64,000 bases of DNA from Eledone cirrhosa (taxonomy: Eukaryota): the NCBI GenBank assembly GCA_964016885.1, contig OZ024742.1, positions 149,854,001-149,918,000 on the forward strand, given 5' to 3'. A model generated the notes under the pieces. That model was not told the DNA's origin, did not search any database, and saw only the letters and a program-made list of their open reading frames with translations. The position numbers and the translations under genes were made by a program. This document shows positions 38,600 to 51,244 of the stretch, piece after piece. Every line of letters starts with the position of its first letter. The first letter of the stretch is position 1.

Positions 38600-39573
38600 A
38601 GGGTGGGGAGTTCAGGCTGGGGGGGAGTGTGGGTCTGTAAGATGAAGATGGTTCTTTGTTCAACTCTGAGGAGATTGGCGGGTGTTCCGTGGCACTGGAG
38701 TAGGCCACAGACTGTGAGATGGCGTGCGGAATGTCCAGGGACACCAAAGTGGCGGGCGATGGGGGAACTACCACCGAGACGAATAACCCGGAGGTGCTCA
38801 GTGAATCTGTTCGCCAGGCGACGTCCCGTCTGTCCGACATAAGTAGCGCTGCAGCGAAGTCCGTAGACTAGGTTGGAGGAGGTGCAGCGGAAGGCATGCC
38901 GGACAGAGAGAGAGTGGCCGTTGGGACCCTGGAAGGTGGTGGTGTTGGTGATGTGGGGACAGGTGTTGCAGCGGGGCCTAGAACAGGGAAAGGAACGGGG
39001 GGGGAAGAGAGCGTGGGTTGGGGGGTAGGGAGCTGTGGACGAGGAGGGTGCGGAGATTGCGTGCGCGTTTGGAGGGGAGGGGTGGGGTTGGGAAGATGTG
39101 GGAGGTGGAGGGGTCGGACTGGAGGCGTCGGAAGAGGCGGCTGATGGTGCGGTGGAGGGGTAAGGTGGAGAGGTGGTAGGTGATGGGGACGGGGAGACGG
39201 TGGGTGGGTGTGCGGTGGCGTGGGCTGAGGGTGGTGGAGCGGTGGACAGCACGGGCGCGGGTGAGAGCGGTGTGGACGAGAGAGGGGGGGGGGGGGGGGG
39301 TAACCTCTGCGGATGAAATGGCTGACTAGGGAAAGGGCCTGGGACTCGAAGTCAGCATCTCGGCTACAGAGGCGGCGGATCCTGAGGAGTTGGGAGTAGG
39401 GAATAGAGTGTTTAGTGTGTGTGGGGTGGGAAGAGGTGAAGTCGAGGTAAGAGTGGGAGTCGGTGGGTTTGAAGAAGGCGGAGGTGACGAGGGAGTGGTG
39501 GGAGGGGTCGAAGGCGACGGAGATGTCTAAGAAGTGGACGTGGGTGGTGGAGATAGCGGTGGTGAAGTGGAGG
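38600..39573 (-). pseudogene. Penelope RT C-terminus and GIY-YIG endonuclease, frameshifted
   Basis: Split across ORFs 38868-39596 and 38392-39252. There is a G-run at ~39283-39300, and the spacing between the GIY and YIG motifs looks shortened. Confidence 0.88.
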
Positions 39574-39632
39574 GATATATATATATATACATACACACAT
39601 ACATGATTGTTTGTATGTATATATGTGTGTGT

Positions 39633-39680
<48 letters not shown>

Positions 39681-40204
39681 TCCTCATTTTACGTCTGCTT
39701 TTCCCTGCTTGCAAGGGTGGGACGGGATATATAATTTTGTTTTCAGAAATAAAAACTGGAAAGAGGTTGGTGAAAAAATTATATCAGCTCAAAATATGAT
39801 AATTTATTAGAATAAACTGTATACCCGGTTACATACATTTAAAAAAAAATAATTATATGAACTCCTACTGTGCAAGACTATTCACACGTTGAGTGAATGA
39901 TACATTAAAATATGTTACCAAACACTATTATTTAATAATACTAAATAATATAAAATAAAATACCAGTAATGCACTGGGTAATTGCTGGCCTTGTGCCAAA
40001 AGTAGAAACAATTATTTAATAATACTAGAAAATCCCGCCAAGGTTAACTTTGCCTTTCATCCTTACGGGGTCGATAAAATAAAGTACCAGTAATGCACTG
40101 GTATAATTGCTGGCCTTGTGCCAAAAGTAGAAACAATTATTTAAATCATAATAACATATATATATGTGTGTGTGTGATCCACTAACACCCATATATATAT
40201 ATAT

Positions 40205-40508
40205 CATCATTTCATTTTACGTCCACTTTTCCCTGCTTGCAAGGGTGGGATGGGAACTGATTCTGGCTTGATTTCTACAGCTGGATGCCCTTCCTAACAC
40301 CAACCTCATTTACAGTGAGTGCTGAGTGCTTTTTTGCCGTGGAATGATATGGATCCTAGTCCCTATCATCTCATTTCTACAGCTGAGTAAACTGGAGCAA
40401 TCTGAAATAAAGTGTCTTGCTCAAGGAAACAACACATCACCCGGTCTGAGAATTGAACTCACAACCTTTCGATTGCAAGGCCAAGCTCTAACCACTAGGC
40501 CATGTGCC
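40205..40508 (-). mobile_element. CORE-type SINE family B (small internal deletion)
   Basis: Reverse complement of the 48971 copy. Confidence 0.9.
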
Positions 40509-40509
40509 C

Positions 40510-40578
<69 letters not shown>

Positions 40579-41869
40579 TACTATAAAGTGGTTGTTATTA
40601 TGGAGGGCATCCAGCTGTAGAAGCCAAGCCAAGCCAAAAATGAAATGTTCACTTGTCAGTATCTTGTTCATTTGTTAATTCTCATCCATGTGATTCAGGA
40701 AAACCACCCTCTCCGTGGTAATATCACTTCACACATCAAGTGAGTACAACTACTACTTTTTCTCGAACATAGCAAAATTTCTCTCTGCTCACTGAGACAA
40801 ACTTCACTCACCATTACTTGACAAACTTCAGTAACCATCACTCCCTCCTTCAACTAATTCGACAACTTCATCTCACAACTCGTACTACCATCCAACAAAT
40901 GGACTAAACAAAGAGACAAACAGACAATCATCATTCTTTACCCCACTAAATATATATAACGTTAAAAGGTGGACGAATTAGCCATTGGCTTAGTGAAGCT
41001 CCGGTAGCATTTAAACAAGATACATATAACATGATATATGCATTATGACATGCATGGAGTCACCTATCAATAAATGTTTAATCCTACATCCAAAGTTATA
41101 ACAGGTACACCCTACTGTGTATTGCAAGCCATCACTCACTCTCTTCAAGGCCACCACAAGCCAATACTTACTTCCCTCCCCTTCTTCATCTCCTATTGTG
41201 AGATGACTCCCTTCCTCAGCAAGCCTTACCCCATCTCTCTATGCACTCATACCCCACATATATCACTGCCTCTCCCAACCTAACTGAGGACACAACAAGC
41301 CCCCTAGTGTTGTAAAATGCTAGTGCTGGTGCCACAGTAAAATGCACCCAGCTCCCTCTAAAATGGTAGTGTTGGTGCCATGATCAAAAGTACAAGTACT
41401 ACCACCTTACAAAGTCTACTTTGTAAAGTGGTAGTACTTGTACCACAAAATGCATTCAATACACACAAAGTGATTGGAATTAGGAAGGTCAGCCAATAGT
41501 AGAAAACAAACAAAAATGGAATGTATAAGCAAGACATGGTTAACCGACTTGTCTAGTCTCAAAATGTGACAACCCATTTATCCTGGGTAAACATAGAAAA
41601 GAGATGTAAAATGGTGATGATGATTATTTTATTGCTGAGCATACATGTATCTTTTTCTCCTGCCAATTTCTCCCACTTCTCACTCTCTATTTTATCTTTT
41701 ATTTATCATTCTATCTCCTGATGAAGGACTGGTGTCCATTTTCCCAGTCTTTCCATGGTGTCTCTTGGCTTTAATGGTTCTATCCACTGTGCTGTTCTAC
41801 AACCAGGTCACATTCTCTCTGGCTGGTGCTTTACTCCAGCCACAATATATATATATATATTCTGTCATT

Positions 41870-42014
41870 ACCATAACAGAAGTCCGACAAGCTTTTGATT
41901 CCAGAGTTGAGCCAGATTGATGCAGATCAAACCTTGAACTGATCTATCATGAGACACGCATCACACCTCAATAAATGTAATGAAAACCTAACACTGCGCC
42001 CTTTTTATTATTAG
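41870..42014 (+). mobile_element. Decayed copy of the long-helix-II hammerhead mini-element
   Basis: CCATAACAGAAGT-CCGACAA-GCTTTTGATTCCAGAGTTG...GAGAC-ACGC-ATC..CTCAATAAATGTAAT aligns with the reverse complement of 47170-47305. Confidence 0.7.
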
Positions 42015-42104
42015 TATATATATATATGTGTGTGTGCGTGCGTGTCCTTCCTAGGGAAAGCCTATGTTAAAACTACAATGTTGGTGATGATATATCATCA
42101 TCAT

Positions 42105-42440
42105 CATTTCATTTTACGTCCACTTTTCCCTGCTTGCAAGGGTGAGACGGGAACTGATTCTGGCTTGATTTCTACAGCTGGATGCCCTTCCTAACACCAA
42201 CCTCATTTACAGTGAGTGCTGGGTGCTTTTTTTGCCGTGGCACCTCTACGACCACTTTACAGTGGAATGATAGGGACACCAGACTGGTGTCCCTATCATC
42301 TCATTTCTACAGATGAGTAAACTGGAGCAATGTGAAATAAAGTGTCTTGCTCAAGGAAACAACACATCACCTGGTCTGAGAATTGAACTCCTAATCTTTC
42401 GATTGCAAGGCCAATGCTCTAACCACTAAGCCATGTGCCT
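42105..42440 (-). mobile_element. CORE-type SINE family B, full-length
   Basis: Reverse complement of the 48971 copy, with a (GAT)n tail. Confidence 0.92.
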
Positions 42441-42491
42441 ACATATGTATTTATACACACCTGTGTAGTTATCTATCTAGCTGATTTCCAG

Positions 42492-42526
<35 letters not shown>

Positions 42527-43289
42527 CATACATAAAACCTACTTAGCTATCTAATTGTGAGTAGAGAGACAATTATTATTGAGATGCCACCATCATCATC
42601 ATTACCAGAACCACCTGCAACATAATAGTCATCACTTGACTATATACAACATACCTGACATTCCCTAGAAGTGTCAGCCAACAGCAATACAATGTGTTGA
42701 TATCTATTTTCACTGTCAATGTCCCTACTAAGCTTATATATATATATATGTATATGTGTGTATGTGTGTGTGTGTGTGTGTGCATATGTATGTATATGTG
42801 TGTGTATGTGTGTGTATGTGTGTGTGTGGATATGTATGTATATGTGTGTGTGTATGTGTGCGCGCGCATATGTTTGTGTGTATGTGTGTGCGCATATGTG
42901 TGTGTGTCATTGGAACGGTTGCTAAATATTAAGTAGTACAAAGCCTAGCATTGTTTCAAGTGTGTGTAAGATCTTGTGTGTTAGTAGAGGTAGAACACAC
43001 TGACTCAAATTCTGCTGAACACTATGTATAAGGCAAAGCTGAACGCCCTTCATAACTGCCATATGCTTAGTTAACAAAATAACAATTTGTATAGATGGAC
43101 CAGAATATTTGAGCAAGATAGATAGAAAGAAAGAGGAAATGAGAGAAGTGGAATAACAAAGAAGTGTGTTAGTAGAACACACGAAATATAATCCTTACTT
43201 TATGTATGAATATATGTATTAAATTGCAGTTGTGAATTTCTTCAACAACTTAACACTTATCTTTTTTTTTTTTATTCTTTCTTTTATTC

Positions 43290-44050
43290 AGGTGTGTTTC
43301 TCTTAAAGTTGACAAATTCAAAATTTGGTTAGTTGAAATAGTTGAGATGCTAGAGCAGGAAGCATGGAAGTTAATCACATCCACTGTTAGATAAAACGTC
43401 AAATTGGCACTAAATGACACCAATTTAGATAGGGATATGTAGAGATAAATGGTTTGAGCTAAAATATGTGAAGTGCCCAGCGGGGGTGGATAAGAAAGGA
43501 GTATAGTATAGTATAAAGTAATATCAGAAGGCTAGACAAGAAATGAAGATATGTGTCTAATTAGTCAGGAAAGAAGATATGAACGAGAAAGGTTTTATTA
43601 ATGGATTTGCACCATTAGAATAAAAGACATGAATGTATTTTGAATTGCTACCTAGTGTGTTCACAAAGACCAAGATATCATTGGGGAAGAAATGTTAACT
43701 GAAAGTATGGTGAATTTGTTGAAATAGGAATCCGAAAGTGGGATAGTAAATTATCCCCAAAAATGAACAAACAGAGCTGCTGGCTAATGAAATTAGGTTT
43801 GGCAGAGTTTGATAAAATAATTAAGGTGATAAAAGTAAAGAAAGCTGGAAGTCCATCAGGAATGGTTGTCTAGATACTAAAAGCATAGGTTACATAGATA
43901 CTATGTTAATTTCTCTCATAATTAATCAGGTGATGCAAGAAAATGTTATCTCAAATGACAGACACCACATTATCATCATAAACTGATATAATGACAAAAG
44001 ACATGAACTGAAAGTGAAGAAATTACAAAGACTTCAAACTGGCGGAAGAA
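43290..44050 (+). pseudogene. Highly decayed RTE-like LINE ORF fragment
   Basis: Remnants such as IKVIKVKKAGSPSGMV, MQENVISND and an NY-like motif match the linker and early RT region. Confidence 0.5.
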
Positions 44051-44941
44051 GTTTTGTAGCAGTGTGTTAATGGAGCTTTATTTTATCAACCCCGTAAGGA
44101 TGAAAGGCAAAACTAACCTTGGTGGAATTTCAACTCAGAACATAAAGGGCCATAACTTTACTGCTGATAAATAATAATAATTGTTTCTACTTTTGGCACA
44201 AGGCCAGCAATTACCCAGCAATTACTGGTACTTTATTTTATCGACCCCGTAAGGATGAAAGGCAAAGTTAAGGGATGTAACTCCATGCTGTAAAGCATGG
44301 TGTCTGATGCTCTACTGATAAATAATAAAAATAAAATGATAAACAACAACAACAATAATAATGGTAAGGATAGTAAATAATAGTAATAATAATTGTTTCA
44401 TTTATTGGCCACAAGGGCCAACATGTAGGGGTCTCTACATAGACAGGGACAAAGGGGGTTTACTATAAAATCAAGTAAAAATACACAATAACAAAAACAA
44501 TTAATGAAAATATATAAAAATATAACAATAATAATTATAATAATGAAGAAGATGATAATATGAGCAGGGAGGTTGTAGAATGATTCAATAATAAATAATA
44601 TTAAGTCAGTAGAACTACTATTTTCTCTACTGAACCAAAAAGACTGAAAGAAATCAGTGCAAGGTTGTCAGAACCAAAGAGAATAATGGATAGATATCTG
44701 TCACATGCTCACCTACAACAGAATGGGGAGGAGGAAGAAGGATGATGGTGAAGAAGAAAGAATGGAATGAAACAAGAATGGTAGAATCAATATGATGTTC
44801 CATATATGGTGGTTCTTCTGCAGAGAGAAGAGAGTCAGCCATTTAAATAATCAAGAATCAAATAAATTAATAGAAAAAAAAAAAAAATCTACCTGTTTTC
44901 AAAAAAAGTTATATATAAATATATATGTGTATGTATTTATG

Positions 44942-44979
<38 letters not shown>

Positions 44980-45054
44980 TACATATATATAGATAGATAC
45001 ATATAGATAGATACATATAAATAGATAGATACATATATATAGATAGATAGATAC

Positions 45055-45091
<37 letters not shown>

Positions 45092-45453
45092 CAGATAGAT
45101 ACATACATATAAATATATATATATATATATATACATACATACATACAGATACATACACACAGATACATACACACAGATACATACACACAGATACATACAC
45201 ACATACAGCCGGATGGCTGGAACAGGTAAAAGAGTATATATATATAGAGAGAGAGGGGGGTGGGATCTCAAGTCAATTGTGCTGTGTTTTTGTTTCCCGA
45301 TTGACTTGTTTTGTTGTCAGTTGATTTGTTGAAGAATTTTAGAGATTTTATTGTTTATATTTTTTCAATGTTATTTATTTTCTTATTTATGATGTGCTGG
45401 TGGCTGTGTGATGAGGATTATAGTAGTATAGTCTCTACTGTGGAAGTTTACAT

Positions 45454-45502
<49 letters not shown>

Positions 45503-45789
45503 AAAAATCATTATTTTACATCTATTTTCCAAGCTTGCATGGATAAGATGGTTTGTCGTGTTCTGAGGCTAGACAGACAGTTCAGAAAATCGCGTCCTGT
45601 TTATATGTTCCATTTTAGCATGATTTCTATGGCTGGATGCTCTTTTTTAATGCCAAACACTTCATGCCATGTGCCAGGCACATTTTCTTGTGGCACCAGC
45701 ACTACCACTTCACAACACACACACATGGATATACATATATATAAGTTCATACATACACAGACATATATATATCATCATCATTCATCATC

Positions 45790-46112
45790 ATCATTTCATT
45801 TTACGTCCGCTTTTTCCCTGCTTGCAAGGGTGGGACGGGAACTGATTCTGGCTTGATTTCTACAGCTGGATGCCCTTCCTAACACCAACCTCATTTATAG
45901 TGAGTGCTGGGTGCTTTTTTGCTGTGGCACCTCCACGACCACTTTGCAGTGGAATGATAGGGACCGCAGTCCCTATCATCTCATTTCTACAGCTGAGTAA
46001 ACTGGAGCAATGTGAAATAAAATGTCTTGCTCAAGGAAACAACACATCACCCGGTCTGAGAATTGAACTCACAACCTTTCGATTGCAAGGCCAATGCTCT
46101 AACCACTAAGCC
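45790..46112 (-). mobile_element. CORE-type SINE family B, full-length
   Basis: Reverse complement of the 48971 copy. Confidence 0.92.
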
Positions 46113-46546
46113 ATATATATACATGTCTGTGTATGTATAAACTTGTGAAGTGGTAGTGCTGGTGCCACAAGAAATGTGCCTGGCACATGCTATGAAGTGT
46201 TTGGCATTAAAAAGAGCATCCAGCCATAGAAACCATTTGAATATATATATACAAGTACATATAAATACATACTCATATATAATTTTATATACATAAATAT
46301 TTTCAACAAAGTAAAAATTGCAGAACATATTGAGCAAAGGAACAGCAGCTCAGATAAGTACAGGCTGTTTAGCCCATCATACACCCATGGAAAGGCAGAT
46401 GCAAAATGATATTTCGTTAATCCAGCAGCTCTTACAAAAGCATGAAGTAAAGATTTTTATTGTATCTAAACATAGATTATGCTTTCATATACACCCCTAC
46501 TATGCTCTCTTAGTGCATGTCACAGATACTATTTCTTTCAGCTGAA

Positions 46547-46583
<37 letters not shown>

Positions 46584-47117
46584 CGAAACATAAGTCAATT
46601 GCATGAACTCATAATCCTTTATTTACTGCTATATGCTATATATATATTGAATGGCTATGACCTCATCAGGCAGTTAGTCAGTTCTTAGATATGCCAGCTC
46701 TGTGTTTATAGTGTTGATGTATCAGAGCCTTGGGACATATGAGCTTGTTAGGAATAGTCTTAATTCTCATTGGTCAGTTTGTAGATGCTAGTAGGGTTGG
46801 AATTTGACCTCAAAGAGGCAGGTGGTGTTGTAAAGTTCAAACCGTCAGGCAAGATGACAATAGTTCCATATGACTGATTTTCACAAAAAGCATTCCTGGT
46901 CAGATATATATTCAATTAAGGTTAATAGTATGAAATAGATACTACAGGTCATTCTTAAATTGAGGAATTTATGTGGAGTGGTGCTACTGAAAATTATGGT
47001 TAGAGTAGAAAATTTACAAATAAAAAGACTTATGTAGGTTGGCTTGCATATACACTCACACCCACCTCCCAGACACACACATACAAATTGAGGAATTATT
47101 GTGGGGTGGTAATACTT

Positions 47118-47172
<55 letters not shown>

Positions 47173-47210
47173 ATAGTAATAATAAAAAGGACGATTTATT
47201 ACATTTATTG

Positions 47211-47296
47211 AGTAGTGACGTGCGTTTCGCTATTGATCAAGGTTCGATCTGGTTCGATCCAGCCCAACTCTGGAACCAAACACTCGTCAGACTTCT
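47211..47296 (-). ncRNA. Type I hammerhead motif with a 55-nt extended helix II
   Basis: Minus strand reads AGAAGT-CTGACGA-[55 nt, G...C]-GAAAC-GCAC-GTC-ACTACT, then CAATAAA. Helix I pairs at 5 of 6 positions. Confidence 0.65.
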
Positions 47297-47307
47297 GTTG
47301 TGGTCTA

Positions 47308-47360
<53 letters not shown>

Positions 47361-47994
47361 ACAACTTGAGGAGACAGTAATTAAATGGTTCTTCCATCAA
47401 CAATCGTGTAAAAGTCCACAGTAGTGCTACCAAACTAACTAGCTATATGGACATTAAGAATTTCTAAGAAGGTGATTTATAAGCCACCAAGGAATGGATA
47501 ATAAACTTACTGGTGGCAGCATACCAACTAAGGAAATTGAACTGTTTATAGGATTTATTTAAAAGTGAAAGGCTACTAATTTCACAAATGTTTAACTCTT
47601 GATGTCACCTGCTTGACGCTGTCTGTTTTAAAGTGTTTATATTATATTAAAACCTTCCATCATAATCTTATATAAGAACTTTTTGTCAAGCAATACTCCA
47701 AACAAGCCTAATACCGATAAAAGTTAATTTACTAAATCCCTCCAAATTTTTATTTTTTCAAAACTAATCAAAACATATTGGATGCACATTTCAATAGAAA
47801 CATTATAACAGAAGTGATACTGTTTAGGTAGAATACAATATTGAAGGAGTGAAAACTAAGAATTTTTGTAATATATGAGGTTTGTCCAAAAAGTAAGCAT
47901 ACTGGTGATTTATTTAAATGTATACTGACATATATGAAACTACAAGTTATCAAAAAAAAAAAAAAAAAAAAAAAAAACCCCACAAAAAAAAAAG

Positions 47995-48597
47995 AACGTA
48001 CCTCTTGGCAATACTCCCACGATTTCTCAAAGACCTGCCACAGTGTGAATATATGGTTGGCTGTGGTGTATCCAAGGCGAAAACCACACAGTTCATCGGC
48101 TAGCTTGGACTCGACAATCTCCCTACATCTCTTTGCCAGACACTTAGCACAGACTTTACTAGAGAGGCTTGATAAGGAGATCCTTCTGTGATTGGAACAA
48201 TCTCTCTTGTCTCCCTTTTAGAAAATTGGGATTATCACTTCTGAATGCCATTGCTTAGGTGCCTTTCCAGAGATCCAGGCCACTCAGCACACATGAGTCA
48301 GCCAGAGAATACCTTCTCTATTTAAGGCTTTTAACATCTCGGGCCAGATTTCATCTTCCCCAGCAGCCTTGCCACATTTGAGTTCTTTAACTGCTCTTGT
48401 GACCTCAGCCTCAGAGATTAGTCATCTCTCCCAGATACACCTTATGTAAATCAGAAGATGCTGTTGTGATTGGATTTAGATCAGCAAAGTATTCTCTCCA
48501 CATTACAAGGATGCACCATTCTGAAGAGAGGAGAACCCCAGATGCATTCCTGATAGCTGGTGTGGAGGAAGACTTATTATGAAGTCAGTGGATGGCC
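47995..48597 (-). pseudogene. RTE-like LINE RT N-terminal fragment
   Basis: Minus-strand translation gives GKAAG, ..RISLSSLSSKVCAKCL..ELCGFRLGYTTANHIFTLWQVFEKSWEY. Confidence 0.8.
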
Positions 48598-48941
48598 CCT
48601 CTCTTTGAAAGTTTTGTGCCACTTAAAAACCTTACTTCTCAATAGAGTGGCATCTCCATAAACTTGTCTTAAAGAATTAAATGTTTTGGTAGCAGATGTG
48701 TTGAGATTCATAGAAAATTTTATCGCATACCATTATTCGATATTTTCTTGCATTACAAATGTAAAAGAGGTTATAAACACGCCTGTACATAAACAGCAAT
48801 AATTCATGACTAACTCAATCGATTATGTTGAAACAAGTATGTATGTGCAGCCAAAGTCATAATCAACTCACGTACATACATCAACGAGGTGCTGTCTTAC
48901 ATAGAAAAATTAGCTCCCTTACTTTTCCGACAAACCTCGTA
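48598..48941 (-). mobile_element. Mariner 5' end: TIR and transposase N-terminal HTH relic
   Basis: TIR TACGAGGTTTGTCGGAAAAGTAAGGG. From ATG at 48753 it reads MQENIE*WYAIKFSMNLNTSATKTFNSLRQVYGDATLLRSKVFKWHKTFKE. Confidence 0.85.
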
Positions 48942-48970
48942 CTTCAGAAGAAAAACATTAGCACCTGGAG

Positions 48971-49285
48971 GCACATGGCTTAGTGGTTAGAGCATTGGCC
49001 TTGCAATCGAAAGGTTGTGAGTTCAATTCTCGGACCGGGTGATGTGTTGTTTCCTTGAGCAAGACACTTTATTTCACATTGCTCCAGTTTACTCAGCTGT
49101 AGAAATGAGATGATAGGGACTGGGGTCCCTATCATTCCACTGCAGAGTGGCCGTGGAGGTGCCACGGCAAAAAAGCACCCAGCACTCACTGTAAATGAGG
49201 TTGGTGTTAGGAAGGGCATCCAGCTGTAGAAATCAAGCCAGAATCAGTTCCCGTCCCACACTTGCAAGCAGGGAAAAAGCGGACC
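48971..49285 (+). mobile_element. tRNA-derived CORE-type SINE family B with LINE-derived tail
   Basis: A box TGGCTTAGTGG, B box GAGTTCAATTC, CORE-like CCTTGAGCAAGACACTTTATTTCACATTGCTCCAGTTTACTCAGCTGTAGAAATG, an internal hairpin, and a tail matching LINE 3'UTR sequence at 28085-28225 and 640-870. Confidence 0.92.
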
Positions 49286-51244
49286 TGAATTTTCTTCTTC
49301 AGAGGCTCCCTTGCTGGCTCATTGGTAGACACTGGAGTTAGGTTATTGTCTTTATTGCAGGATATAATGCAATGGTTTCAGTGATAGTGTTGATAGTGAT
49401 GATAATGGTGCTATTTAGGGTTGTGAATGGATTTTTAATCAATAGATAATAGATGAAGTGATATGGAAATCTAAATTGTTGATGGAACAGTAATAGTAGA
49501 AATTTTGTTCCTTTTATGATTCTACCAATTCCCTTCTAACCCCCCCCCCCCCCCTCTCTCCCTTCTTTTGCTCCACCCTGATTCCTGTAAATAATATTCC
49601 TCTACATTTACACAACCAAAATATCTAGTAGGTTTCAGTAATGTTTTTTTTTACTGTTTTGACTCTTTTAGTTAGATAAATTTATTTAATTACTACTTTC
49701 TCATATATATAAAGCGTGTCAGCCCAAGTACACAGCTCACACTAGAAAAAAAAGAAAATATGTATATATGCATATATACATATTTCCTTCTTTTTCTGGT
49801 ATGTAAATAACATAAATTTACCAATTATTTTACTGCTTTTTGAGAACAACATTGAATTTTCTCTACTTTCTGAAACCATTAACTATAGATGTACTCTTAG
49901 CTATTCATATAGGCTGAGGGTTAAACAAAAGAAATAATATAAATATGAAAGAAACTATAAAATGATAATAGCCACAACAACAACATCAAAAAGTAATAGC
50001 AGCAATTACCTCACCAGCGCTGTTAGTTTGGTAATAACATAGGGCTTCTAAAGCAAAACGAATATTTCTATATACAAGTGGTTGTGTGTGAAAGTTTGCT
50101 ACTTGCATATCTGAGTATAACATGTATGTTTTGAAAGTGTATGTATGCTTGAAAGCATTTGTATGTGTTTTGTTTTTCATGGATATAAGCATATGTAAAC
50201 ACAGATGGATTAAATAAATACAAGAACATAGATATATAAGCAAGTGTGTATATGCATGACAAATAAACACATACACACATAGGTGCAAATACACACTTTT
50301 CTAAAAATACATTTATTTATTTAAAAAATACAAGTAGACATAAAATAGACATAATATAATACATATATACATATATATACACATACATAAATGCACACAC
50401 AGTAAGTAGATGAACTAAGCAAGATATTTAATCTCTGAGAATGCACAACTCAACAGCCTTTTGAACTTCAAATATACTACAACAACAATTTGGAATATTT
50501 ATATGTTTCTGAATACGGGGCCATCTTTCTAACCTCCCCCCATCCTATTCTCACATTATCCTGCATTCAGAGTAGAGGGGCTCCTTCTGTCGAGTTTATG
50601 ACCAACAAACTCTAGGGCTAATGTCATGAAAAATACATTCAGTACACCCTATAAAGTGGTTGGTGATAGGAAGGGCATTAAGCTGTAGAAACCATGCCAA
50701 AAACGGTTAAGAGGACTCTTCAGTTGTATGGAGGACATGACAACCTATCTAGTGATGGTGATCTACACAGTAAATACATCCAATACATCCTCTAAAATGT
50801 AGAGAAGACTCTTCAACTGTGTCAAAGAAATGACAACCTTCCTAGTGCTGGTGCCATGATAAATACACTTGGTGCACTCAATACAGTATGGGGAAGGTAT
50901 GTGAGATGTGAGTACCCGGTCCATCTGAGAGTTCAGTAGCTTTAGCTAAGTACCGAATTGGTCTGTGATAACCCATTTAATCCTTGCTAGCCAGGAAAGT
51001 GGGCATTAAATGATGATGATAATGTATGTATGTATATACATACTAACATATGTTTTCTTTTTCTTTTCTTCTTTTACTGGTTTCAGTCACTTGAATATGA
51101 CCATAATGGGGTCATATCACTATATGAAGCCCATTACTTATTTTTTTAAGTGGCAGTTTCTTTATTGATTGCTTTTATTTATCTAATAAGTCAGAACATA
51201 GCACAAATATAAACATACAACAGACATATGATCTCACACGCACA

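Larger units (their letters stand above)
37042..39573 (-). mobile_element. 5'-truncated Penelope-like element (Neptune-like architecture)
   Basis: RT thumb HFLDISV..FKPTDSHSYLDFTSSHP..SIPYSQLLRIRRLCS, Cys linker PCSRPRCNTC, and GIY-YIG NLVYGLRC..YVGQTGRRLANRFTEH. It has a CA-rich 3' region, a hammerhead and AATAAA at the end, and (TA)n on both sides. Confidence 0.92.

Noticed and set aside
48971-49040. tRNA gene
   Set aside because: The A/B boxes run into a CORE domain and LINE tail, the sequence is multi-copy, and there is no clean acceptor stem. It is a SINE head.
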